Of a DNA stretch of 64,000 nt, positions 29,056 through 46,200 are shown piece after piece. The stretch is from the human T2T-CHM13v2.0 reference genome, Homo sapiens. Position 1 is the stretch's first letter, and every line of letters starts with the position of its first letter. Position numbers and translations under genes: made by a program. Location of the stretch: NCBI RefSeq assembly GCF_009914755.1, contig NC_060927.1; one strand, given 5' to 3'. The notes under the pieces were generated by a model, which searched no databases, was not told where the DNA came from, and saw only the letters and a program-made list of their open reading frames with translations.

Positions 29056-31532
29056 TTAATTATTTACCCAGCAGTCATTCAGGAGCAAGTTCTTCAGTTT
29101 CCATGTAGTTGTACAGTTTTGAGTGAGTTTCTTAATTCTGAGTTCTAATTTGATTGCACTGTGGTCTGAGAGACAGTTTGTTGTGATTTCTGTTCTTTTA
29201 CATTTGCTGAGGAGTGCTTTACTTCCAATTATGTGGTCAATTTTGGAATAAGTGCAATGTGGTGCTGAGAAGAATGTATATTCTGTTGACTTGGGGTGGA
29301 GAGTTCTGTAGATGTCTATTAGGCCTGCTTGTTGCAGAGCTGAGTTCAAGTCCTGGATGTCCTTGTTAACCTTCTGTCTTGTTGATCTGTCTAATATTGA
29401 CAGTGGGGTGTTAAATTCTCCCATTATGATTGTGTGGGAGTCTAAGTCCTTTGTAGGTCTCTAAAACTTGCTTTATGAATCTGAGTGTTCCTGTATTGGG
29501 TGCATATATATTTAGGATAGTTAGCTCTTCTTGTTGAATTGATCCCTTTACCATTATGTAATGACCTTCTTTGTCTCTTTTGATCTTGGTTGGTTCAAAG
29601 TCTGTTTTATCGGAGACTAGGATTGCAGCCCCTGCTTTTTTTTTTTTTTTTGCTTTCCATTTGCTTGGTAGATCTTCCTCCATCCCTTTATTTTGAGCCT
29701 GTGTGCATCTTTGCACGTGAGATGGGCCTCCTGAATACAACACCCTGATGGGTCTTGAGTCTTTATACAATTTGCCGGTCTGTGTCTTTTAATTGGGGCA
29801 TTTAGCCCATTTACTTTCAAGGTTAATATTGTTATGTGTGAATTTGATCCTGTCATTTTGATGTTCACTGGTTATTATGCCTGTTAAGTGATGCAGTTTC
29901 TTCATAGCCTCCATGGTCTTTACAATTTGGCATGTTTTTGCAGTGGCTGGTAGTAGTTGTTTTTTTCCATGTTTAGTGCTTCCTTCAGGAGCTGTTGTAA
30001 GGCAGGCCTGGTGGTGACAAAATCTCCCATCATTTGCTAGTCTGTAAAGGATTTTATTTCTCCTTCATTTATGAAGCTTAATTTGGCTGGATATGAAATT
30101 CTGGGTTGAAAATTCTTTTCTTTAAGAATGTTGAATATTGGCCTCCACTCTCTTCTGGCTTGTAGGGTTTCTGCCCAGAGATCTGCTGTTAGTCTGGTAG
30201 GCTTCCCGTTGTGGGTAACTCGACCTTTCTCTCTGGCTGCCCTTAACACTTTTTCCTTCATTTCAACCTTGGTAAATCTGACAATTATGTGTATTGGGGT
30301 TGCTCTTCTCAAGGAGTATCTTTGTGGTGCTCTCTGTATTTCCTGAATTTGAATGTTGGCCTGCCTTGTTAGGTTGGGGAAGTTCTCCTGGATAATATCC
30401 TGAAAAATGTTTTCCAACTTGGTTCCGTTCTTCCCATCACTTTCAGGTACACCAATCAAATGTAGATTTGGTCTTTTCACATATTCCCTATTTCTTGGAG
30501 GCTTTGTTCGTTTCTTTTTACTCTTTTTTTGTCTAACCTTGTCTTCTTGCTTTATTTCATTAATTTGATCTTCAATCACTGATACCCTTTCTTCCACTTG
30601 ATTGAATCAGCTATTGAAGCTTGTGCATGCATTACAAAGTTCTCATGCCATGGTTTTCAGCTCTATCAGGTCATTTAAGGTCATCTCCACACTGTTCTAG
30701 TTACCCATTCATCTAATCTTTTTAAAGGTTTTTAGCTTCCTTGCGATGGTTTTGAACTTCCTCCTTTAGCTCGGAGAAATTTGTTATTCCTGACCTTCTG
30801 AAGCCTACTCTGTCAACTCATCAAAGTCATTCTCTGTCCAGCTTTCTTCAATTGCTGGCGACGAGCTGCTATCTTTTGGAGAAGAGGCACTCTGATTTTT
30901 AGAATTTTCAGCTTTTCTGCTCTGTTTTCTCCCCATCTTTGTGGTTTTATCTACCTTTGGTTTTTGATGTTGGTGACCTACAGATGGGGTTTTCGTGTAG
31001 ATGACCTTTTTGTTGATGTTGATGCTATGCCTTTCTGTTTGTTAGTTTTCCTTCTAACAGTCAGGTCTGTCAGCTGCAGGTGTGTTGGAATTTGCTGGAG
31101 GTCCACTCCCGACCCTGTTTGCCTGGGTATCACCAACGGAGGCTGCAGAACAGCAAATATGCAGAACAGCAAATATTGCTGCCTGACCCTTCCTCTGGAA
31201 GCTTTGTCCCAGAGGGGCATCTGCCTATATGAGGTGTCTGTTGGCCCCTACTGGGAGATGTCTCCTGTTTGGCTACACAGGGGTCAGGGACCCATTTGCA
31301 GAAGCAGTCTGTTCATTCTCAGAACACAAACGCTGTGCTGGGAGAACAAGTGCTCTCTTCAGAGCTGTCAGACAGGGATGTTTAAGTCTGCAGAAGTTGT
31401 CTGCTGCCTTTTGTTCAGCTATGCCCTGCCCACAGAGGTGGAATTTAGAGGCAGTAGGCCTTCTTGAGCTGCGGTGGGCTCCGCCCAGTTCAAGCTTCCT
31501 GGCCGCTTTGTTTACCTACTCAAGCCTCAGCA

Positions 31533-31730
31533 ATGGCGGACGCCCCTCCCCCAGCCAGGCTGCTGCCTTGCAGTTTGATCTCAGACTGCTGCGCTAGCAG
31601 TGAGCAAGGCTCTGTGGGCATGGGACCCACTGAACCAGGAGGCATGGGAGCAAATCTCCTCATCTGCTGGTTGCTAAGATCTTGGGAAAAGCACAGCATT
31701 TGGGCAGGAGTGTCCCATTTTTCCAGATAG
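31533..31730 (+). CDS. ORF0-like antisense ORF of the L1PA6 5'UTR (65 aa); translation unproven
   Basis: MADAPPPARLLPCSLISDCCASSEQGSVGMGPTEPG aligns with the N-terminus of ORF0 in the L1HS copy. Confidence 0.45.
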   Translation: MADAPPPARLLPCSLISDCCASSEQGSVGMGPTEPGGMGANLLICWLLRSWEKHSIWAGVSHFSR

Positions 31731-32019
31731 TCTGTCATGGCTTCCCTTGGCTAAGAAAAAGAAATCCCCTGACCCCCTGTGCTTCCCAGGTGAGGCAACA
31801 CCCCACCCTGCTCCAGCTCACCCTCTCTGGGCTGCACCCACTGTCCAACCAGTCCCAGTGAGATGAACCAGTTACCTCAGTTGGAAATGCAGAAATCACC
31901 CATCTTCTTCATCGATCATGCTGGGAGCTGCAGACCAGAGCTGTTCCTATTTGGCCATCTTCTTCCCTCCACCCCTGCCTCAAATAGACCTATATATTTT
32001 TTTAAAATTGTGATAACTA

Positions 32020-32099
32020 ACCTAAAAGCCTTGACTACACCATTATGCAATCTATGCATGAAACAAAATTACCCTTGTGCACCATAAGTTTATACAAAT
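32020..32099 (+). mobile_element. Short L1 3'-terminal fragment (L1PB/L1MA-type)
   Basis: AGCCTTGACTACACCATTATGCAATCTATGCATG.AACAAAATT..CTTGT.CACCATAA.TTTATACAAAT. Confidence 0.6.
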
Positions 32100-34119
32100 T
32101 TTTATTTTTTTAATTTTTAATTTTTGTGGGTGCATAGTAGGTATATATATTTATGGGGTATGTGATATGTTTTGATACAGGCATGCAATATGAAATAAGC
32201 ACATCATGAATAGGGTATCCATCCTCTCAAGCATTTATCCATTGAGTTGCAAACAATCCAATTACACACTTTAAGTTATTATGAAATGTAGTTATAATTG
32301 ACTATAGTCATCCTGTTATGTTATCAAATAGTAAATCTTATTCATTATTTCTGGCTTTTTTTAGTACCCATTAATCATCCCAACCTTCTCCCCCATGAAC
32401 CCCTGACTACCCTTCGCAACTCTGGTAACGATCCTTCTACTTTCTATATCCATGAATTACATTCTTTTGACTTTTAGATGCCACAAATAAGTGAGAACAT
32501 CTGATGTTTGTCATTCTGTGCCTGGCTTATCTCATTTAACAAAATGATCTCCAGTTCCATCTATGTTGTTGTAAATGATGAATCTCATTCTTTTTATGGC
32601 TGAAAGGTACTCCATTGTATATATGTACCACAGTTTCTTTATTCATTCGTCTGTTGATGGAAACTAAGTTTCTTCCAAATCTTGTTGTAGACAGTGCTGT
32701 AACAAACATGGGAGTGTAGACATCTCTTCCATACATTGATTTTCTTTCCTTTGGGTATATATACAACAGTGAGATTGCTGGATCATATGGGAGCTCAATT
32801 TGTGTTTCTTGAGGAACCTCCAAACTGTTCTCCATAGTGGTTGTACTAATCTACATTCCCACCAACAGTGTACAAGTGTTCCCTTTTCTCCATATCCTCA
32901 CCAGCATTTGTTATTGCCTGTCTTTTGGATATAAGCCATTTTAACTGGAGTGAGGTGATATATCATTGTAGTTTTGATTTGCATTTCTCTGATGAACAAT
33001 GATACTGTGCACCTTTTCATGTGTGTGTTTGCCATCTGTATGTCTTGAAAAATATCTTTCACCCATGTTTTGATTAAATTATTATGTTTTTTCCTATAGA
33101 GTTGTTTGAGCTCCTTAAATACTCTGATTACTAACCCCTTGTCAAATAGGTATTTTGCAAATTTTTTCTCCCATTCTATAGGTTGTCTCTTCACTTTGTT
33201 GATTGTGTTCTTTGTTGTGCAGAAGCTTTTTAACTTGATGTGATCACATTTGTCCATTTTTGCTTTGGTTGCCTGGGCTTGTGGGGTATTGCTCAAGAAA
33301 TTTTTGCCCAGACCAATGTCCTAGAGATTTCCTCCCATGTTTTCTTGTAGTAACTTCATGGTTTGAGGTCTTGGATTTAAATCTTTAATTCATTTTGATT
33401 TTTTAAAATATAGCAATAGTTAGGAGTCTAGTTTCATTCTTCTGCTTATGGATATCCAGTTTTCCCAGCACCATTTATTGAAGATACTGTCTTTTCCCCA
33501 GTGTATGTTCTTGGCGCATTTGTCCAAAATGAGTTCACTATAGGTGTGTGAATTTGTTTCTGTGTTCTCTATTCTGCTCCATTGGTCTCTGTCTCTGTTT
33601 TTATGCCAGTACCATGCTGTTTTGGTTATTATAGCTATGCAGTATAATTTGAAGTCAGGTAATGTGATTCCTACAGTTTTGTTCTTTTTGCTTAGAATAG
33701 CTTTGGGTATTCTGGTTCCATGTAAACTTTAGGATTGTTTTTTCTATTTCTGTGAAGAATGTTATTGGTATTTGAAAGAGATTCCATTGAATCTATATAT
33801 TACTTTGGGTTATATAGACATTTTAACAACATTGATTCTTCCAATCTATGAACATGAGATATTTTTTCATTTTTTGATGTCCTCTTCAATTTCTTTCATT
33901 AGTGATTTATAATTTTTATTATAGAGGTCTTTCTTTTCTTGGTTAATTCCTATATATTTAATTTTATGTATGGCTATTGTAAATGATTGCTTTTTTATTT
34001 CTTTTTCACATTGCTCACTGGTGGCATACAGAAATGCTACTGATTTTTGTCTGTTGATTTTGTATCCTGCAACTTTACTGAATTTATCAGTTCTAATTGT
34101 TTCCTTGTGGAATCTTTAG

Positions 34120-34483
<364 letters not shown>

Positions 34484-36237
34484 TTAATTCTTCCTTTCCA
34501 GTTTGGATGCCCTTCATGTTTTTCTCTTGTCTCATTGCTCTAGCTAGGACTTCCAGGATTATGTTGAATAACATTGGTGACAGTGGGCATACTTGTCATG
34601 TTCCAGATCTTAGAGGAAAGGCTTTCATTTTTTTCCCCATTCAGTATACCAGCTATGGGTCTGTCATATATGGCTTTTATTATGGTGAGCTATAGTCCTT
34701 CTATACCCTGTTATTTTAGGGTTTTTATCATAAAACAATGTTGAATTTTACCAAATGCTTTTTCATCATCAATTGAAATGATTATATGGTTTTTATCCTT
34801 CATTCTGATGATATGACATATCACATCAATTGATTTGCATATGTTGAACCATACTTGCATCCCAGGGATAAATCCCACTTGGTCATAGTGAATGAGCATT
34901 CTGATGTACTGTTAAATTCAGTTTGCCAGTATTTTGTTGAGGATGTTTGCATCAATATTCACCAGAGATATTGGCCTGTAGTTTTCTTTTTTTCATTTGT
35001 CTTTGTCTGGTTTTGGTATCAGGGTAATACTGGCCTCACAGGATGAGTTTGGCAGTATTCTTTCCTCCTCTATTTTTCTGAATAGTTTGAGTAGGACTGG
35101 TATTAGTTCTTGTTTGGTAAAATTCAGGATTGAAGCCCTGATGTCCTGGGCTTTTCTTTACTATGAGACTTTTTATTAATATTATGGCTTTGACCTCATT
35201 ACTTGTTATCGGTCTGTTCTGGTTTTGGATTTCTTCTTGACTCAATTTTGGTAGGCTGTATGTGGCTAGGAATTTGTGCATTTCTTCTAGATTTTCCAAT
35301 TTATTGGCATATAGTTGCTCACCGTAGCTACTAATGATCCTTTGAATTTCTGCAGTATCAGCTAGAATGTCTCCTTCTTCATTTCTGATTTTATTTAATT
35401 GGATCTTCTCTTTTTTTTCTTAGTCTAGCTAAAGGTTTATCAATTTTGTTTAACTTTTCAAAGAAACAACTTTTTGTTCCATTCATCTTTTGTATTCTCT
35501 CTCTCAATTCAATTTCATTTATTTCTGCTCTGATCTTTATTATTTCCTTTCTTCTACTAATTTTGGGTTTGGTTTCCTCTGGCTTTTCTGGTTCTTTAAG
35601 ATGCATCGTTAGATTGTCTATTTGAAATTTTCCCTTTTTTGATATAGACACTTATAGCCATAAAATTCTATCTTACTATTGCTTTTGCTATATTCCATAG
35701 GTTTTGCTATGTTGTGTTTCATTATCATTTGTTTCAAGAAAATTTTTAATTTCCTTATTAATTTCTTCATTGACCCACGGGTCATTCGGGAGCACATATT
35801 TTAACTTCCATCTATTTCTATATTTTCCAAAATTCCTCTTGTTATTTATTTCTAGTTTTATTCCATTGTGGTCAGAGAAGATACTTGATATTATTTCAAT
35901 TTTTTGAATGTTTTAAGACTTGTTTTGTGATGTAACATATGGTCTGTCCTTGAGAATAACTCATGTGCTGAGGAAAAGAATGTGTATTCTGCAGCTGTTG
36001 GATGAAATATTCTATAAATATCTATTAGATCCATTTGGTGTATAGTGCAGATTAAGTCTGCTGTCTGTTTGTTGATTTCCTGTCTGGAACACTGGTCTAA
36101 TGCTGAAAGTGGGGTGTTGAAGTCTCTAGCTATTATTGTATTGGGGCCTATCTCTCTCTTTACCTCTAATAATATTTCCTTCATATATCTGGGTGCATCA
36201 GTGTTGGGTGCATATATATTTAAAATTGTTATATCCC

Positions 36238-36806
36238 TGTGATGGTTAATATTGTCAACTTGATTGGCTTGAAGGCTGCAAAGTATTTTTTCTGGATGTA
36301 TCTGGGTGTTTGTAGGTGTTGCCAGAAGAGATTAACATTTGAGTCAGTGGACTGGGAGACAAAGACCCACCCTCAAGAAGACCCATCCACAGTGTGGGTG
36401 GGCACCATCCAATCAGCTGCCAGCATGGGTAGAAAAAGCAGGCAGAAGAAGGTAGAAGAAGCTGACTTGCTGAGTCTTTCAGCTTTCATCTTTCTCTCAT
36501 TCTGGATGCTTCTGATCTCAAACATCAGACTCCAAGTTCTTTGGCTTTTAGACTGTTGGACTCACACCAGTAGTTTGCCAGGGGCTCTCAGGACTTTGGC
36601 CACAGACTGAAAGCTGCACTGTCAGCTTCCCTTCTCTTGAGATTTTGGGACTCGGACTGAGCCACTACTGGCTTCCTTACTCCTCAACTTGCAGACGGCC
36701 TGTCATGGGACTTCATCTTGTGATTGTGTGAGTCAATTCTCCTTAATAAACTCCTTCATTTATACATATATTCTTTAGTTCTGTCCCTCTAGAGAACCCT
36801 AATAGA
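36238..36806 (+). mobile_element. MLT2A2/MLT2B1 solo LTR (HERV-L) inserted in the L1MA ORF2
   Basis: TGTGATGGTTAATATTG..TCAACTTGATTGG start; GTTCTGTCCCTCTAGAGAACCCTAATAGA end; 5-bp TSD ATCCC/ATCCT. Confidence 0.88.
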
Positions 36807-39086
36807 ATCCTCTTGCTGAATTGACCACTTTGTCATTATATAGTGACCTTCTTTGTATCTTCTTACAGTTTTTAATCTTGAAATCTATTTTGTCTTATAT
36901 AAGCATAGCAACTCCTACTCCTTTGATTTCCATTGGCACGGAATATCATTTTCCATCCCTTTTTTAGTCTATGTGTGTCTTTATAGGTGAAGTGTGTTTC
37001 TTGTATGCAACAGACCAATAGGTATTGTTTTTTTTCACCCATTCAGCCAGTCTATGACTTTTGATTGGAAAGCGTAGTCCATTTACCTTCAATGTTATTA
37101 TTGACAATGTTATTATTGACAAGAACTTACTCCTACCATTTGATTATTTGTCTTCTGTTTGTTTTGTGCTGTTCTCTTCCTTCTTTCTTTCATTCCTGAT
37201 TTTGTGAAGATGATTTTCTCTAATAATATGATTTAGTTCCTTGCCTTTTATTCTTTGTGTATTTGTTGTGCGTTTTTTGATTTGAGGCTACCATGAGGTT
37301 TGCAAATACTATTTTATAATCCACTTTTAACCTGATAACAACTTAATAGTATTTGCATAAACAAACAAGAAAAAGAAAACTAATAAAACTTGCTTTAACT
37401 TTGTCCTCCCATGTTTTAACTTTTTATTGTTTCTATTTATATCTTCTTATACTGACTGTGTCTTAAAAAGTTGTTGAGTTGTTATTTTTGATTGGTTCAT
37501 TGTTTAGTCTTTCTACTTGGGACAAGTATAGTTTACATGCCACAATTACAGAGTTATAATATTCTGTATTTTTCTTTGTACTTACTATTACCAGTAAGTT
37601 TTATACCTTCAGGTGATTATCTATTACTCATTACTATCCTTTTCTATTTGATTGAAGTACTCCCTTTGGCATTTCTTGTAGGATGGTTGTGGTATTAATG
37701 AACTCTCTCAACTTTTGTTTGTCAGGGAAAAACATTTCTTTCTCCTTCATGTTTGAAGGACATTTTTGCCAGATATACTAATCTGGGGTTAAAGGTTTTT
37801 TCCCTTCAGCATTTTGAATATGTCATGCCACTCTCTCCTGGCCTGTAAGGTTTCCACTGAAAAGTTTGCTGCCAGACATATTGGAGCTCCATAGTATTTT
37901 GTTTCTTTCTCTTGCTGCTTTTAGAATGCTTTCTTTATCCTTGACCTTTGGGAGTTTCATTATAAAATGCCTCGATGTACTCTTGTTTGGGTTAAATCTG
38001 CTTGGTGTTTAACCTTCTTGTACCGGGATACTGATATTTTCCTCTAAGTTTCGAAAGTTCTCATTATTATCCTTTTGAATAAACTTTCTACCCCTATCTT
38101 TTTCTCTAACTCCTCTTTAAGGCCAATAACTGTTAGATTTTCCCTTTTGAGGCTATTTTCTAGATCCTGTAGGTGTGCTTCATTGTTTTTTATTCTTTTG
38201 TTTTGTCTTTTCTGACTGTGTATTTCAATTAGTCTGTCTTCAAGCTCACTAATTTTCTTCTGCTTGATTAACTCCACTATTCAAGGACTCTGATGCATTC
38301 CTCAGTATGCCAATTGCATTCTTCAACTCCAGAATTTCTGCTTGATTCCTTTAAATTATTTCAATATCTTTGTTAAATTTATCTGATAGAATTCTGAAGT
38401 CCTTCTCTGTGTTATCTTGAATTTCTCTGAGTTTCTTTAACATGGGTATTTTGAATTCTCTACCTGAAATATCACATATCTCTGTTTCTCCAGGATTGGT
38501 CCCTCGTGCCTTACTGAGTTCATTTGGTGTGGTCATGTTTTCCTAGATGGTGTTGATGCTAGTAGATGTTCTCCACTGTCTGGGCATTGAAGAGTTCAGT
38601 ATTTATTGTGGTATTCACTATCTGGGCTTATTTGTAGCTGTCCTTCCTTGGAAGGCTTTCCAGATATTTGAAAGAACATGGATGTTGTAATCTAAGTTGT
38701 TTCTGCTTTCAGGGGCACCCTAAGTCTAGTAACACTGTGGTTCTTAAAAGATGTCTTAAAACTTAATAAGAAAACATACTCACAAAAACCTGACCTTAAA
38801 ATGTACAAAAGACCTGAACAGAGACCTCTCCAGAGAAGATATACAGATGGCAAAAAAACATATGAGAGATGCTCACCATCATATATTATTAGGTTACTGC
38901 AAATTAAAACAACAATGAGATACTACCACATATCTAACAGAATGGCCAAAATCCAACACACTGACAATGCTAAATACTCATGAGCATGTGGAACAACAAG
39001 AACTCTCATTCACCGCTTGTAGTAATACAAAAGGTACAGCCACTTTGGAAGACAATCTGTCAGTGTCTTTCAAAACTAAACACACT

Positions 39087-39559
39087 CTCAAATATAACAT
39101 GGATGAACCTGAAGGACATTTTGCTAAGTGAAATAAACCAGATACAGAAAGACAAATACTGCATTAACTCATTCATATTTGAAATCTAAAAAGGTTGAAC
39201 TCATAGAAGTAGAGAGTCCAATGATGATTACTAGAGGCTAGGAGGCTGAGGAGGGAGGAAATGGGAGATGGTGATCAAAGAGTACAAAGTTTCAGACAGA
39301 CAGGAGCAATAAGGTTTGAGATCTATTGCACGGCAGGGTGACTACAGCCAATAATAATGTACAGTATATTTCTAAATAACTAAAAGTAAATTTCAAATGC
39401 TTCAACATAAAAAATGGTAGGTAAGTGACATGATGGCTATGCTGATTAGCTTGATGTAACCATTTTACACTGTATAAATCTATCAAAACATCACATTGGA
39501 ATCCACAAATGCATATAATTACAATTTGTCAATTAAAAGTAATATCATTAAAATGTTTA
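39087..39559 (+). mobile_element. 5'-truncated L1MA (L1MA8-like) 3' end
   Basis: L1MA 3'UTR; TSD AAAACTAAA(C/T)ACACT at 39072-39086 and 39560-39574. Confidence 0.8.
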
Positions 39560-39985
39560 AAAACTAAATACACTTTTATGATACAATCTAGCAATCATGA
39601 TCTTTAGCATTTATCCAAGTAAGTTGAAAACTTACGTGCACACAAAAACCTGAACATGGATATTTATAGCAGCTTTATTCACAATTGCCAGCAACAAAAA
39701 CGTCCTTCAATGGGTAAATGGATAAATTGTAGTAGATACAGATAATGAGATGTTACTCACTAATAAAAACAATAAGCTATCAAGCTAATGAAAAGATATT
39801 GAGGAAACATAAATGCATATTACTAAGTGAAAAATGCCAATCTGAAAAGGATACTTACTGTATGATTCCAACTGTATGACATTCTGGAAAAAGCAAAACT
39901 ATGGAGACAGTAAAAAGATCACTGGTTGCCAGGATTTAGGCGGGAGGGAGGAATGAATAGGTGATAGGTGGAGCACGGAAAATTT

Positions 39986-40286
39986 TTTTTTTTTTTTTTT
40001 TTGAGACAGGGTCTTGCTCTGTCACCCACACTGGAGTGCAGTGGTGCAATGTGGGCTCACTGCAACCTCCACCTTTCGAGTTCAAGTGATTCTCCGGGCT
40101 CAGGCTCCTGAATAGCTGAAAATACAGGCGTCCACCACCACACCCAGCTAATTTTTGTATTTTTATAGTACAGGTAGGGTTTCACCATGTTGGCCAGGCT
40201 GGTCTCAAACTCCTGACCTCAACTGATCCACCCGCCTTAGCCTGCTAAAGTGCTGGGATTACAGGCATGAGCCACCATGCCCAGCT
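39986..40286 (-). mobile_element. AluS
   Basis: Full dimer with T tail; TSD GAGCAC(G/A)GA(A/T)AATTT at 39971-39985 and 40287-40301. Confidence 0.92.
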
Positions 40287-41152
40287 GAGCACAGATAATT
40301 TGTAGGACACTGAAAATACTCTGTATGATAGAATAATGGTGGATACATGCCATCAGATATTTATCCAAACTTTTAGAACGTACAACACTAAAAGTGAACC
40401 CTAATGTATACTATAACCTTTGGGTGATAATATGTCAATGTAGGTTCATCAACTGCAACAAATGTACCACTCTGGTACAGGATATTGATAATGGGGAAGG
40501 CCATGTATGTGGGAGTAGAGGCAGAGTAGATGGGAAATCTATAACCTTCCTTTCAATTTGGTGGTGAAATTAGAATTGAGCTAAAAACTAAAGCTTACTT
40601 TTAAAAAATCACTGAGACATATTAAAGACAAAGTAACTAAATGGAAGGCTATACAATGTTTGAGAACTATTAACAGAAAACTCAATATTGTAAAAATGAC
40701 AATTATCCCTATTGCATTAGCATCATGCAATATGCTGATTGCAATGATGATCAGCATCATCACAATCAAAATTCTAGCTAGTATTTTAAAAATATAAATT
40801 GATAGGCTACTTGTAAAATGTATATACAAATGCAAAAGGCCATGAATATCCAAGAACAACCTGAAAAAGAGTAAAGCTGGAGGACTTATGCTATCAGACA
40901 TGAAAACATATTCAAAACTATAATAATTAAAATAGAATGTTTTGCCTAAGGATAGACAAATATATAAATGGAATACAATCAAAACTGTCTCACACATATA
41001 TGACCACTTAATTTAACTGTAATCTAAATATAAAAGTAATACCACAAATTTCTAGGAGATAGGAAAATATTGTTATGACTTGAGTAGACAAAGATTTTTT
41101 AAGCAGGACAGTAGTCACTAACCATAATGAGAAGGACTGATGAATTGGACTA

Positions 41153-42508
<1,356 letters not shown>

Positions 42509-42817
42509 TAAAATTAAGCACTTCTGTTCACCAAAAGAGATATTTAAAAGGCAAGCCAAAGAGTAGAAAAAGTTATTTGCAGTATATGTATAATTTGTAT
42601 GGATATATTTTAAAATCCTACAAAATAATAATAAGAAGAAGGTAACTCAATAGAAAAAAATATGGGCACAAAACTTCAACAAGCACTTTCCAAAAGAGGA
42701 TATTCTGAATGGCTGATAAATGTTTGAAAAGGTGCTCAACTTTATTAATTTTCAAGGAAATGCAAATTAACACCACCATAAAACACTGCTGTGTAACTAC
42801 CAGAATGGCAATATTTA

Positions 42818-44077
<1,260 letters not shown>

Positions 44078-45299
44078 CAGAATGGCAATATTTAAAGGAT
44101 TAACAATACAAAATGTTGATGAAACTGGAGAAAAACTATAATTTTCATATTTCTGTTAGGAATAAAAATGTGGAAAATTGTTCAGCAGTATTTACAAACA
44201 CTGGATATATATACGTATATACTTTATGACCCAATAATTTTACTTCCAGGTATTTATCAAACAGAAATACATATATCTATTTGTACATCAAAAGGCATGT
44301 GCAGGATGTTCAGAGTAGCACTATCTATATAGCCAAATGACATAATGCCCATCAATAATAGAATAAATTATGATGTGTTCATACCATGGACTACTACACA
44401 GCAATGAGAATGAACAAGCTACAATCACTTGCAACAATATGGATAGATCTCACAAATACAACATTAAATGAAGAAAATCATTCATAAAATTGTACCTAAT
44501 ATATGATTCCATTAATGTATTGGTCAAAACCAGGAAAAACTAATTAATGATGATAGAAGTCAGGAGAATAGCTGATTCTGGGCATGGTAAGGGAGAGGCA
44601 TGGCTGAAGACTGGTAGGGCATATTAGGAGGTTTTCAAGGGTTGATTCTGTTTTATTCTGATCTGCACAGTGCTGAAATAGGCATGTTCACTTTGTGAAA
44701 ATTCACTGGCTATATGCTTGCACTTTTTAAAATACGTACATTACTTTTGTGCATATGTTACCTGTGATTACCACAAATAAAGATTCTACACAAATATACA
44801 TCTGCACAAATATTTGCATAAAGACAGAAAATAATTCTAAACACTATACTGAATTCACAGCTAAAATTTTAAAAAACTTGTTAAATTAACCAGATCCATG
44901 ATATAAATAAGTGAACAACACTATAAAAGATGACTTTAGAAGATTCCTTTTATGTCTGTGTATTATAAACTGTCCATCTTATGATTCATCCCTGGTTTCT
45001 TGAATAAAATCATTAAAATAGTTGTCAGCTCTTATAGACCTGAAGCAATGTGATCAACTTTCCGAAGGTATAGGAAAGAGAAATGAAAAGAGCCAAAGGC
45101 TGTTTCCATTTTGAAAACATAGGCTTTGGGTATAAAAAACAAAAGTAATACTTGGCTTAGATTGGTACCTATGTTAACTTAATTACAAACTGATCTTTTA
45201 TTGTTTTTAATTAAATGCTACTGTTTTCAATTTTTTACTAAAACATGTATTATTAAATAAGGGAGACTCCCAAAGATACCTACTCTAAAATGCTCTAAG

Positions 45300-46200
45300 A
45301 ATGAAAATAATTGGTCTTTATTTATAAATGAATCTTTTAAAATAAAATAATAAGTGACTATTAGGAGATCTGTGATCTTTTCTCATCTCTATCACTATGC
45401 ACATTTATAGATGATGAAACTGGCGAAAAAAGGTAAATGACACACCTTAAGCAAATCATTTACCTTTTTTTGGTCAGTTTCATCATCTATAAAATGTAAG
45501 AATTGGATAAGTTCTCATTCGGCCTTAGCATTCTATGTATAAAGCAAATGTATATGAAGCTAAACTTTGTAAGATAGTAGATTATCCTAGCTAATATTAA
45601 CTCTTGCGTAAAATACACAGAAGCATTCTGTTCATTAATTGTCCTTAAATATGTATCATTCATAACCTTGAAGTCATTATAATTACGAATTTATGATGCC
45701 AATTTACTGATATAAATTTTGAAAGTATCTCTTCTTTCTTGTAATAATTAAGATAATTAATCTTAAGATTAACAAGTGGTTGCTTTATAGCTAGAATGTA
45801 CAATTGTTCTACAATTTTAGTATTCCAACTCTGTCTGAAAGATTGTATGAAGTTATAGAGTCTCTTTTTCCATTGCATTTTTGGAAAGACACAACACAAA
45901 TAATATTCCCAGAGGAATACTGGGTTTCTCATATCTCTGATAAGATTGATAAGAAATCTGGTAGTACACTTGGTAAGAAACAGAATGGTAGAAGGAAAAA
46001 AATCAATGATGCATCCAGAAGACAGCACTTTTCTAGGAAATGCTATGTTATTTTCAAACATGTCCCCAAATCTGTACAAGTTATTGTCAGAAACTGTCTA
46101 TCTTTGTAACAAGTGGCAACATAAAAGGAACCTGTTAGTGTTCCAGTTTGGAGATCACCAAGGTGAGAGAATTCAAGGTGGAAGTCACATGAAGGACAAC
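45300..46200 (-). other. Candidate terminal exon/3'UTR of a minus-strand transcript
   Basis: Acceptor ttttgcttacttttgatacag|G at 46201/46200; mostly non-repetitive AT-rich body; minus-strand AATAAA near 45317-45322 and 45197-45202. No transcript evidence. Confidence 0.35.

Larger units (their letters stand above)
38746..40595 (+). mobile_element. L1MC1/2-type element, 3' part
   Basis: ORF2 C-terminal remnant (IKTTMRYYH) and L1MC 3'UTR (GATTCCAACTGTATGACATTCTGGAAAAAGCAAAACTATGGAGACAGTAAAAAGATCA; GTGAACCCTAATGTA; ACAAATGTACCACTCTGG). Confidence 0.78.
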
